Positions 1 to 8,500 are shown, counted from the first letter of the stretch. The stretch is DNA of 22,203 nt from Verrucomicrobiota bacterium (GCA_016198745.1 JACQHZ010000177.1:1-22203), one strand, 5' to 3'. Notes: a model not told the origin generated them from the letters alone. Translations and numbers: made by a program.

Positions 1-233
1 ACTACGACCAACATGTTGGTTCTAATTTGTGAGTAGCCGGTCAGGGGGGTACATTTTTTGTGCCCCAGTGAGAAACCAGCAACGAATCCGATGCGGAGCG
101 AACCGCGCACCTGCGTTGACGCCGTTTCACTGACGCACCGAACAAGCCCAACCACCGCCGCATGCGGCATGGTCGCGGCAATCTTTTGTCGTCTTCCTGA
201 TTTTCGTTGCTTGTTCCTTCGTCAAATGGATAC

Positions 234-3200
234 ATGGCAGATCAAACCATGATGACGCGGCTGCCGTCTGCAAAACAAGTCAACACCGAGAAACTGGCTG
301 GGGATATTCTCCGCGCGACGCAAGGCGCGCGAACGGAAGAGGATGTCAAAATGCGTGTTGAGCCTTTGCTCCAGCAGGCATTCAGTGAAGCGGGGATTGA
401 TGTCAATCTGGCCGAGTATGAGAAGGCCACCACGGTTACCGCCAAACGGATGGATGCCGTGTACGGCTATGTCATCATTGAGTACAAAGCGCCCGGAAAG
501 TTGCGCGGCGACACGGCCATTCGAGATGCAAAGACCCAGCTTCAATGGTATTTGGAGGAGGAATCGCATCGCCACGGAATTCAGCGGGAAGCTTTCCTGG
601 AAAAAGCGGTGGGTGTGGCTTGTGATGGCGACAGTCTCATGTTTGTCCGCTATAGCCGGACCGCGAAGATATTGTCCCCGCCCATTCCGGTTGAGATCCA
701 GCAGGCGGATTTATTTCCAGAGGTTACGCCCCAACGCGGTTTTCAATCGCAAGGGCCATTCCCCATCACGGCCAACAGCATGGCCAGTTTGCTGATTTAT
801 GTCCGCTCGGCGGGACGGCGGCCCCTCACGGCCGAGGGCTTGGCCAAGGTGTTCAGCCCTGAACATGCAACCGTTCGTTTTCTCATCTCCGAGCTGTATT
901 CGGCGGCCATGCGCGGTCAACGCCGCAGCGCCCTGCCGCGGGTGGCGACATTTTATGAGGAGTGGGACCGAATTTTTGGCGTCGTCTATGGCGAGAAATT
1001 GGAGAAGGCCGAAAAAGCCGCCGAAGAAACCGCGCGACTCTATGGGCTCCCGTCCGGCATCCGGCTCAAGCCGCTTCTATTTGCCATCCATACGTTTTTC
1101 GCGTTTCTCATGAAGCTCATTGCGATTGAACTGATCGCGCTCCAGAAGAGATTGCAATTCAGTTCGTTTGTCGAGGGGTTGGCGGTCGAGGAGGATGATG
1201 CGCTCCGGAAGCGCCTGGATTTTCTCGAAAGCGGGGCGGACTTCTCCCGTCAAGGCATTGTGAACTTTTTGGAAGCCGATTTTTTCTCGTGGTACCTCGA
1301 CGCGTGGAACCATCGCCTGGCCAATGCCATCCGGAAAATCGTCCAAGCCCTGGCCGAATTTGAACCGGCTACGCCCATTTTGGAACCCGACTGGACCCGC
1401 GACTTGCTGCAAAAACTCTACGAACTGCTCGTTCCACGCGTCTTGCGGCATGGCTTGGGCGAGTATTATACGCCCGAATGGTTGGCCGGTTACCTGGTGG
1501 ACAAAACCGGCTATGACGGAGCGCCTGGCGTTCGCTTCCTTGATCCCGCCTGTGGTTCCGGCACTTTCCTCGTGCAAGCCATTCAGCGCGCCGTCAAGCA
1601 TGCGGAAACCCAATCCAAAGTTCGAATTGCGGAAGTGGGCCGGGCGATCCTGGACGGGATTATAGGATTCGACTTGAATCCCTTGGCCGTCCTGGCGGCG
1701 CGAACCAACTATCTCATCGCGTTTTCGCGTTTTCTTCCGTATATCCGGCCGATTTCACTTCCGGTTTATCTCTGTGATTCTGTTTTGCCGCCCGATCAAT
1801 ACTCCGAGCAACAGCAGACTTTTTTTGACAACACTGTTGTCTTTAAGACGCGGGCGCATGATTACGTCTTCCCGGTTTCCATGAAGAACAAGGGGATGAT
1901 TGACCAGTTCACCGGGTTGGTGATGACCGGGCTGCGTGGAAAACTGACTCCGATGCAATTTGAACGATCCTTGAGCGGCCAAATGCGCCTCGTGGCCGCC
2001 GATCAGACCCGGCTTCTGGAAATCTATCGAAAGATCAAGCAACTGGATGATGAAGGGCGGAACGGAATCTGGGCGCATTACATCAAGAACGCTTTTGCCC
2101 CGGTTTACGTCGGGCAGTTCGACTTTGTGGTTGGCAATCCGCCGTGGATTCGGTGGGGCTATCTTGCGGATGACTACCGCAAACAAACGTTGAAACTCTG
2201 GCATGACTACGGGCTTTTCTCGCTCAAGGGGCATCAAACCCACCTTGGGGCCGGTGAGAAGGATTTTTCCATGCTCTTCACGTATGCCTGCGCCGATCGC
2301 TATTTGAAGGAGCGCGGCACGATGGGCTTTGTCATCACCCAGGAGGTGTTCAAGTCCAAGGGGGCCGGCGAAGGGTTTCGACAGTTCCAACTCGGCGAGA
2401 AAGGCGCGCATCTCAAACTTCTCGGCATGGAGGACATGGTTCATCTGCAACCGTTCCAAGCGGCCAATAAGACCTGCATCTTTACCCTCAAGAAGGGGCA
2501 AGCCACTTCTTATCCGGTGCCGGTCGTTGAATGGAAACGAAAAACCGGCGTGAGCAAAATTCATCCGGAATGGAAACTGGAGGAAGTTTTGGAGAAAACC
2601 GAGCGGCGCAACGTCAAAGCGATTCCGGTTGATCCCCGCAAGAGCGTTTCCTCCTGGCAAACCGCCACGAGCACGGGGATCGCTTCAAGCGAAGTGTTAA
2701 AGGGTAAGAATCCTTACAAGGCGCGCCTGGGCGCTCGCGTGGAACCTTACGGCGTTTTTTGGCTGAATTTGAAGGCGGTCCGCCCGGATGGAATGATCGT
2801 GGTGGCGAATCAACATGATCGCGGCAAGCGCGACATCAACCCGGTAAGCGATTCCATTGAACCGGATCTCGTTTTCCCCGCCGTGAGCGGCGGTGATCTG
2901 GTGAAGTTCGGCATCAGGCGCCACTTTTATGTTCTTCTGTCCCAAAACCCCAAATCACGAAAAGGATATGAAGAAGATTGGATGGCTGAAAACCTGCCAC
3001 ATACCTATGCTTACCTGACACAATTCAAAGCCGTTTTAGTCAAACGCGCTGCCTACCAAAAATATTTCCATAAGGAAGTCAAAAAAAATGGAGTCGTTGT
3101 TCATCGTGAGGCCATCGCTCCGTTTTATTCCATGTATAATATCAGCACAGAATCCTTTGCGCGCCATCGCGTGGTTTGGAAGCGGATGGCCTCACGGATG

Positions 3201-3563
3201 GCAGCGGCGGTTCTGACCTCGTTGCGCACTCCTTTTGGAACAAAAACGGTCATTTCCACCGATACAACCTCCTTTATCACCGCGAAAAATGCGGAGGAGG
3301 CGCACTATCTTTGCGCCGTTCTCAATTCTGATGTGGTGGATGAATTTATCCGGAGTTTTTCATCCGGGGGGCGTGGGTTTGGCGCTCCCTCCGTTATGGA
3401 AAATATAGCGATTCCGCTTTTCGAGGCGAACAACCGGCTCCACAAGGGGCTTGCCGAACTCTCCCAAGAGGCTCACAAAGTGGTTGCACGCGCTGAAGAC
3501 ACGACGCCGATGGAAAAAGAAATCAACGCGGCTGTTCGAAAAATATGGAATATCGCCTCCTGA
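234..3563 (+). CDS. Type IIG/IIL single-polypeptide restriction-modification enzyme (MmeI-like): N-terminal PD-(D/E)xK endonuclease, gamma-class N6-adenine DNA methyltransferase, C-terminal target-recognition domain
   Basis: The track's M at 207 is a TTG codon, so I place the start at the first in-frame ATG (234); ATGs at 249/252 are alternatives. N-terminal motif MDAVYGYVIIEYK (D-x8-E-x-K, nt ~453-488) fits a PD-ExK nuclease core as in MmeI. MTase motif X-like LGEYYTPEWLAGYL; motif I VRFLDPACGSGTFLV (nt ~1539-1559); GFDLNPLAVLAARTN; motif IV FVVGNPPWIRWGY (nt ~2136-2147). A ~470-aa C-terminal region after NPPW is consistent with a TRD. Domain order nuclease-MTase-TRD in one ~1100-aa chain is the MmeI/Type IIG architecture. 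Confidence 0.72.
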   Translation: MADQTMMTRLPSAKQVNTEKLAGDILRATQGARTEEDVKMRVEPLLQQAFSEAGIDVNLAEYEKATTVTAKRMDAVYGYVIIEYKAPGKLRGDTAIRDAKTQLQWYLEEESHRHGIQREAFLEKAVGVACDGDSLMFVRYSRTAKILSPPIPVEIQQADLFPEVTPQRGFQSQGPFPITANSMASLLIYVRSAGRRPLTAEGLAKVFSPEHATVRFLISELYSAAMRGQRRSALPRVATFYEEWDRIFGVVYGEKLEKAEKAAEETARLYGLPSGIRLKPLLFAIHTFFAFLMKLIAIELIALQKRLQFSSFVEGLAVEEDDALRKRLDFLESGADFSRQGIVNFLEADFFSWYLDAWNHRLANAIRKIVQALAEFEPATPILEPDWTRDLLQKLYELLVPRVLRHGLGEYYTPEWLAGYLVDKTGYDGAPGVRFLDPACGSGTFLVQAIQRAVKHAETQSKVRIAEVGRAILDGIIGFDLNPLAVLAARTNYLIAFSRFLPYIRPISLPVYLCDSVLPPDQYSEQQQTFFDNTVVFKTRAHDYVFPVSMKNKGMIDQFTGLVMTGLRGKLTPMQFERSLSGQMRLVAADQTRLLEIYRKIKQLDDEGRNGIWAHYIKNAFAPVYVGQFDFVVGNPPWIRWGYLADDYRKQTLKLWHDYGLFSLKGHQTHLGAGEKDFSMLFTYACADRYLKERGTMGFVITQEVFKSKGAGEGFRQFQLGEKGAHLKLLGMEDMVHLQPFQAANKTCIFTLKKGQATSYPVPVVEWKRKTGVSKIHPEWKLEEVLEKTERRNVKAIPVDPRKSVSSWQTATSTGIASSEVLKGKNPYKARLGARVEPYGVFWLNLKAVRPDGMIVVANQHDRGKRDINPVSDSIEPDLVFPAVSGGDLVKFGIRRHFYVLLSQNPKSRKGYEEDWMAENLPHTYAYLTQFKAVLVKRAAYQKYFHKEVKKNGVVVHREAIAPFYSMYNISTESFARHRVVWKRMASRMAAAVLTSLRTPFGTKTVISTDTTSFITAKNAEEAHYLCAVLNSDVVDEFIRSFSSGGRGFGAPSVMENIAIPLFEANNRLHKGLAELSQEAHKVVARAEDTTPMEKEINAAVRKIWNIAS

Positions 3564-4414
3564 AACCTTCTGAGCCGGCTTATCCGAGGAAACTCCTGCA
3601 ACGCATGGGCAAGGAGGCGCCAACGCTTTATTATCATGGTCCGCTCAAGCTGCTCGACCGGTTCACCATGGCCGTGATTGCCGCCGACAGCATTCCGGCG
3701 CCCGCCATGCAGGCCACGAACGACCTGCTTTTCAAGATTCGTGAATACGCCCTGAATTACATCGGTCCCTGGCATTCGGTTTGGGAGACGGAAATCTTTC
3801 GGCTGGCGATTTACACTCCCAATGATCCGCAACGGCTTCGCTCCCTGACCATGCTTACCGCGCGGGGAATGGCGCGGGAGAATTGGGATGACTACCTGAA
3901 CGACCGATTTGGCTACAGCGGTCCCTTCAGAGGGTTCCCCGAAAAGGAGGAGTATTATCGCCGGGCGAAGGATGGGGAATTACTGGTTCTCTCCATCACC
4001 GAACCGGATGTGAAAAGGTTGTTGCGGGAAAACATCCTGTTGAGAAACTGGGTGGCGTGCGCGCTGGCCGACGTGGTTTTCGTGCCGTTTGCCGAGAAGG
4101 GGACGAAGACTTACATCACCTGCAAATTGGTTGTGAAGGCCGGCCTACCGGCCTTTACCTGCCAATACTATCCCGACCGGAATGAGGATCCCAACAAGCA
4201 ACTTTTTGAACTGGGAATTCCCTCGTACAATCGGAAAACGGTGGGGCCGTATCTGGATTCTCTGGGCGCAAGCACCGCCGGAGAAGCGCCGTTTCCGGAG
4301 GTTGAAATGCAATCCTTGATGGAGTCGTCGCCACAATATGGCGCGATTTCCAAATCTACCGGAAATAAAACACGCCAGGCCGAGTTGTGGGAGCGGAAGT
4401 CCATCAAGAAATGA
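3545..4414 (+). CDS. Divergent DprA/Smf-like Rossmann-fold (SLOG superfamily) domain protein, translationally coupled to the RM enzyme
   Basis: ATG at 3545 lies 19 bp inside the upstream RM ORF (stop 3561-3563). N-terminal segment EPAYPRKLL..APTLYYHGPLKLLDRFTMAVIAADS parallels the DprA pattern YP..L..I.DPP.VLY.KG.L.LL....VAIVGSR. C-terminal segment RNWVACALADVVFVPFAEKGTKTYITCKLVVKAGLPAFT parallels DprA RNRIIAGLS..VLVVEA...SGSLITA..A...GR.VFA.PG. The canonical glycine-rich loop (GSRxxSxYG) is replaced by AADSIPAPA, so it is probably not a canonical DprA. Confidence 0.6.
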   Translation: MEYRLLKPSEPAYPRKLLQRMGKEAPTLYYHGPLKLLDRFTMAVIAADSIPAPAMQATNDLLFKIREYALNYIGPWHSVWETEIFRLAIYTPNDPQRLRSLTMLTARGMARENWDDYLNDRFGYSGPFRGFPEKEEYYRRAKDGELLVLSITEPDVKRLLRENILLRNWVACALADVVFVPFAEKGTKTYITCKLVVKAGLPAFTCQYYPDRNEDPNKQLFELGIPSYNRKTVGPYLDSLGASTAGEAPFPEVEMQSLMESSPQYGAISKSTGNKTRQAELWERKSIKK

Positions 4415-4469
4415 AGCGCCATGCCAGGATGACGGGGGATTGTTGCGCGAAACCGAAGCATGCCATACG

Positions 4470-5102
4470 ATGAAAACCTATCTGCAACTTGCGCTTGATG
4501 TGGGAGAAAGCGCGGATTTGTTCGCGTTGGCGGACCGGGTGAAGGCGTGGGTGGACTGGATTGAACTCGGCACGCCGCTGATCAAGCGATACGGCATCGG
4601 CGTCGTCGCCCAGGCGCGAAATGCCTTTCCCAAACATCGCATCCTCGCCGACATGAAAACGACCGACGCTGCGAGGCTCGAAGCGGACATGGCGTTTGAA
4701 GCGGGCGCGGACATCTTCACCGTGCTCGCAGCCGCCTCCGACGCAACCGTCCGTGAGGCCGTGGAAGGCGCGCGGCACCACGGCAAGCAGGTGGTGGTTG
4801 ACCTCATCGGGCAACCCGATCCGATTGCGCGCGCGCAACAACTGATCGGCTTGAAGCCGGACTATTTCAATCTGCACCGCTCGACGGACGCCCGACGCGA
4901 CGGCGCGGAACTGCGTCTGGATTTGATTCGCGAATTCAAATCCCGAATTCCGGCGCCGCTTTCCGTGGCCGGCGGGATTGATCATCAAAACATCCGCGCC
5001 GTCCATGAGGCGGGCGCGGTCGTTGTGGTGGTGGGAAGCGCCATCACCTCGGCTAAGAATCCCGAACGAGTTGCGCGCGCAATGAAGGAGGCGATCCAAT
5101 GA
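4470..5102 (+). CDS. hxlA: 3-hexulose-6-phosphate synthase (HPS; OMP-decarboxylase/KGPDC fold), RuMP pathway
   Basis: From the ATG at 4470, MKTYLQLALDV... matches the HPS N-terminus. ADMKTTDA (Lys/Asp of the KGPDC family), VAGGI and a Gly-rich C-terminus are typical HPS features. The upstream extension of the raw ORF (4338-4469) overlaps the preceding gene and is probably untranslated. Confidence 0.8.
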   Translation: MKTYLQLALDVGESADLFALADRVKAWVDWIELGTPLIKRYGIGVVAQARNAFPKHRILADMKTTDAARLEADMAFEAGADIFTVLAAASDATVREAVEGARHHGKQVVVDLIGQPDPIARAQQLIGLKPDYFNLHRSTDARRDGAELRLDLIREFKSRIPAPLSVAGGIDHQNIRAVHEAGAVVVVVGSAITSAKNPERVARAMKEAIQ

Positions 5103-5635
5103 GTTTGCGTGATGTCACCAATCAAATGGCCGCCGAAATGCGGAAGGTGCTGGCCGGCGTCCGGGAAGCGGAGGTCAGGAGCCTGGAACGCGAAATCCAG
5201 CGCGGAAAGGCTGTCTTTTTCACGGCGGCGGGGCGAACGGCCATTCTGCTGCGCCCATTCGCCATGCGGATGATGCAATACGGCTTTGAAAGCCATGTGG
5301 TGGGGGAAACCACGACGCCGCGCGTAAAGTCCGATGATCTGGTTGTGTTGGCGTCCGGAAGGGGGAACACCGCCGGGGTGGTCCATCGCGCGAAAGAAGC
5401 GCGCTTGCTCGGCGCGCGGGTCTTTGTCATTACCAGCAACCATCAATCGCCCCTCTTTGCGACCGCCACGCATTCGTTGCTGATTCCGCCGCCGCGCGGC
5501 GGATCGTTTCAATTCGGGACCAACTGGTTCGAGCAAGGACTGTTTTTCTTGCTTGAATGCGTCGCGCACCGGCTGGCGCGGGCAAAGAAGATCACTTTTG
5601 AAAAACTTCTCCTGAGACATGCGAGTCTGGAATAA
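5099..5635 (+). CDS. hxlB: 6-phospho-3-hexuloisomerase (PHI), SIS-domain protein, RuMP pathway
   Basis: ATGA overlap with hxlA stop (5099-5102). Sequence ...GKAVFFTAAGRTAIL...LVVLASGRGNTAGVV..ARVFVITSN... is a SIS-domain sugar-phosphate isomerase fold of the size (178 aa) and gene order typical of hxlAB. Confidence 0.78.
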   Translation: MSLRDVTNQMAAEMRKVLAGVREAEVRSLEREIQRGKAVFFTAAGRTAILLRPFAMRMMQYGFESHVVGETTTPRVKSDDLVVLASGRGNTAGVVHRAKEARLLGARVFVITSNHQSPLFATATHSLLIPPPRGGSFQFGTNWFEQGLFFLLECVAHRLARAKKITFEKLLLRHASLE

Positions 5636-5801
5636 GGTGGCGCACGACTCTCTCTCCGAAATCGAACGGGGCGTCGCCCTGATGAACCATTGCAAGACGA
5701 TCAAGGTGTCGCTTTTGCCCTGACAATGCGTATTTTCCGGCATGGTTCAACGATTCCAAGTTTACGATTCAACGGTTAGCGATTTTCACCTTCAATCCGG
5801 T

Positions 5802-5835
5802 CAACCGTGAACCCCTGAACCGTGAACTTGGAACC
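5802..5835. repeat. Same repeat family in opposite orientation: caaccgtgaacc cctgaaccgtgaac ttggaacc, upstream of the ceramidase-like gene
   Basis: TGAACC units at 7-bp spacing (tgaacc-g-tgaacc). Located in the 215-bp hxlB/ceramidase intergenic region. Confidence 0.7.
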
Positions 5836-5849
5836 ATACCCCTTTTCCC

Positions 5850-7247
5850 ATGAACTCATCCATGACCCAACCGGTTCCATCGTCCTTTTTCAGTCCGTCA
5901 TTCCGCGGGTTGATCGGCGTCGCGCGGCGGGACATCACCCCGCCTGTCGGCATCTACGCGCGCAACTGGGGCGCGGCCAAACAGGACACGGCCGAAGGGG
6001 TTCACCGTCCGTTGACGCTGACGGCGCTGACGCTGCGGACCGAACCGCAAAGCAAACCGCTGGCGCTGGTGGATACGGACCTTGGCTGGTGGCGGAGCAT
6101 CTTCAACGAGCAGGCGTTTCGCGGCAAAATCCTGGAAAAACTGGGACTCGATCCTTCGCGGTTCATCTTCACCCTGAGTCATACCCATTCCGCGCCGCCG
6201 TTGACCGAGCCTCATCCGGATTGGCAGGGCGGCGAATTATTGCGCGGTTATCTGGAGACGCTTCGTCATGCAACCATCGAGGCGGTTTTGAACGCCTTGA
6301 AATCGGCGACGCGCGCCACCCTCGAATGGCACACCGGTCGTTGCCAACTGGCGGCCAACCGCGATTTGCCCGATCCCGACCCGACAAGGCGTCGCGTTGT
6401 TTGCGGATTTCATCCGGATGCCGATTCCGATGACACGTTGCTGATCGGACGCGTGACGGACGACGCCGGCAGGATTCTTGCGACGCTGGCCAACTACGCA
6501 TGTCATCCCACCACCCTGGCATGGGACAACAGGCTTCTGTCGCCCGATTACATTGGCGCGATGCGCGAGACGATCCAGGATCACACCGGCGGCGCGCCGG
6601 CGATCTTTCTCCAGGGCGCATCAGGCGAACTTGCGCCGCGCTACCAATACGTCGGCGATCCCGCCGTGGCTGATGCGCATGGCCGGCAACTGGCGTTCGC
6701 AGCGCTCGCGACGCTCGCCGACATGGAACCGTCGGGCACTGAACTGGCCTATGGCGGAGTCATCGAATCCGGCGCGCCATTGGCAATTTGGAAACGCCAG
6801 CCGCGCCGCGCCTCCGACGTGTTGCGGGCGTTCCATTCCACCGTCGAATTGCCGTTGAAAGACTGGCCGTCCGCCGCTGAACTGGAACGGCAGCGCCATG
6901 CCTGCGCCGACCGCGTCCTGGAGGAACGTCTTCGTCGCAAACGGGACATCCGACTTGTGTTGGGCGACGGAAAGACGTTTCCGCTGCCTTTCTGGGTGTG
7001 GCGCATGGGCGACGCATTTCTGGTCGGCTGCATGGCCGAATCGTATTCGTGGTTGCAGCAACATCTTCGACGCCGGTTTGTCGGGCGCGCGATTGCGTGC
7101 ATGAATCTGGTCAACGGCTCGATCGGCTACCTGCCCCCGGCTAAATCGTACGACGCCGATGCCTATCAGGTCTGGCAAACGGCGTTCGACCGCGGCAGCC
7201 TGGAAATTTTGGCTGCTGCTTATGAACGCGCCATCGAAACGCTTTAG
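5850..7247 (+). CDS. Neutral/alkaline non-lysosomal ceramidase N-terminal-domain-like protein (catalytic-domain-only, 465 aa)
   Basis: GVARRDITPPVGIYARNWGAA resembles the conserved G.A..DITPP.G..M.GY start of the neutral ceramidase domain. LSHTHSAPP resembles the conserved THSGP metal-binding segment. It is shorter than full-length ceramidases and has no obvious signal peptide. Confidence 0.5.
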   Translation: MNSSMTQPVPSSFFSPSFRGLIGVARRDITPPVGIYARNWGAAKQDTAEGVHRPLTLTALTLRTEPQSKPLALVDTDLGWWRSIFNEQAFRGKILEKLGLDPSRFIFTLSHTHSAPPLTEPHPDWQGGELLRGYLETLRHATIEAVLNALKSATRATLEWHTGRCQLAANRDLPDPDPTRRRVVCGFHPDADSDDTLLIGRVTDDAGRILATLANYACHPTTLAWDNRLLSPDYIGAMRETIQDHTGGAPAIFLQGASGELAPRYQYVGDPAVADAHGRQLAFAALATLADMEPSGTELAYGGVIESGAPLAIWKRQPRRASDVLRAFHSTVELPLKDWPSAAELERQRHACADRVLEERLRRKRDIRLVLGDGKTFPLPFWVWRMGDAFLVGCMAESYSWLQQHLRRRFVGRAIACMNLVNGSIGYLPPAKSYDADAYQVWQTAFDRGSLEILAAAYERAIETL

Positions 7248-7269
7248 CCTCAGGACTTCGTCCGCCCGA

Positions 7270-8448
7270 TTACTTTTTGGGCGACTCCTTCCCGCTCTTT
7301 TTATCGTCCTTCTTCTCGACCAGCAAATCCTTGCGTTCCTTCAGCAGCGAATCAATTGTCCATTTGGAAACGAGATATGTCCACGGCTCGCACTCCTTGT
7401 CGGTCTTGGCTTTCTCCTCAAGTTTTTGGAGCTTCTCCTTGAATTCCCTGTCCAACCGTTCCTTGTCTGCGGGTTTCTCATCCTTGCCGGGAACCCGAGT
7501 CTTGGAAAAATTGGCGTCCACCTTAACTTGAAGATGATAGGCATCGCTTATCACCTTGCCGATTTTTACCGTGTAGGAAAACCCGTCGAACGTTTTGATG
7601 GCAATCAGCGTGGGCATATTCAGACCGGCATCCTCGGGTTTGGTTTGAGGCGCAACCACGTCATTAAAACTGGGGGATGACAAGGCGCTGGCCGCGCTCG
7701 ATACCTTGGCTGAGTCGAGCGATGCATCCGACTTGGCCCCATCCAATTTCCAGTCGGCTGTCTCCGTATCGCGGGTCAATCTCCAGCATTTGGACGATTC
7801 CTTCGATGTGACCGCGATTTCCTTCGGGTTTTCCACTTTGAAAAAGGTCTTGTCGAGCCACGATTCCGACTTGGGTTCAACCTCGGAGAAAAGTTCGGAA
7901 ACCAGCGCCACATCCTTCGACTCGCCCAATGTCAAAACATAACGACTGTCAGGATAACCGCCACTTCCTCCAAATGGGCTGCTCTCGCTCATCTGCCGCA
8001 TGTGTTTTTTCCCGAGCACCAGCGACTTTATCATTTTTCCACTCGCGTTACGCAACTCCACCAGGGTGCCTGAACTGGGAGCGGTCTTGTCATCGGGAGA
8101 AACCAGTTCCAAACGTTTGTATTGGGAACTCCCCACCGCCATCCATTGAACGGCCTTAAGTTCCCAAAGTTTGCGGAGAAAGTCACTGATCTGCGTGAAA
8201 TTCGCCGGATAATCATACCGCTCGCGAACACGCCAAACGCCATCCTTTTTGACCAAGTTCAACCCGCCACTGGATTGAGCGATGCGGACTTGCTCGATGT
8301 CATTGATGGGAAAATCCGCCAGCACCTTCAGCCGGGATCCCGCTGCGGACGATTTCCAAGAACTCCGGCCGGATTTCAAGACAAAGAAACTTATGCCGAC
8401 CACAATTATCGCGACGATGAGAAGAAGATTTAATTGTTTTTGATTCAT
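7270..8448 (-). CDS. DUF4340-domain protein (accessory to GldG-type ABC transport systems), N-terminal signal/TM anchor
   Basis: Start MNQKQLNLLLIVAIIVVGISFFVL (hydrophobic anchor) corresponds to the ATG complement at 8446-8448; the longer raw ORF to 8556 is an upstream extension. Position directly downstream of the GldG-like gene and the beta-rich, Lys/Glu-rich C-terminal tail are typical of DUF4340 partners of GldG. Confidence 0.65.
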   Translation of the reverse strand: MNQKQLNLLLIVAIIVVGISFFVLKSGRSSWKSSAAGSRLKVLADFPINDIEQVRIAQSSGGLNLVKKDGVWRVRERYDYPANFTQISDFLRKLWELKAVQWMAVGSSQYKRLELVSPDDKTAPSSGTLVELRNASGKMIKSLVLGKKHMRQMSESSPFGGSGGYPDSRYVLTLGESKDVALVSELFSEVEPKSESWLDKTFFKVENPKEIAVTSKESSKCWRLTRDTETADWKLDGAKSDASLDSAKVSSAASALSSPSFNDVVAPQTKPEDAGLNMPTLIAIKTFDGFSYTVKIGKVISDAYHLQVKVDANFSKTRVPGKDEKPADKERLDREFKEKLQKLEEKAKTDKECEPWTYLVSKWTIDSLLKERKDLLVEKKDDKKSGKESPKK

Positions 8449-8500
8449 GGCAGTGAGTCTTTGCAAGTGGTTGCGAATGCCCCAGGAGCACGGTTCCTCG

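Noticed and set aside
41-252. Small ORFs 41-235 (-) and 58-252 (+), and a GC hairpin gggggtac-atttttt-gtgcccc at ~44-66
   Set aside because: The ORFs are short with no motifs, at the window edge and overlap each other. The hairpin has its T-run in the loop rather than 3' of the stem, so it is not a convincing intrinsic terminator.
234-3563. Possibility that the large MTase-containing gene is BREX PglX (BREX type 1) rather than a Type IIG enzyme
   Set aside because: No brxA/B/C, pglZ or brxL neighbours. The N-terminus carries a D-x8-E-x-K motif consistent with a PD-ExK nuclease, which PglX lacks as far as I know. Standalone MmeI-like architecture is the better fit.
5740-5790. tRNA-like T-arm resemblance (ggttcaacgattcc) in the hxlB/ceramidase spacer
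   Set aside because: No complementary T-stem, no acceptor stem or anticodon arm can be built around it. It belongs to the GAACC repeat-rich spacer instead.
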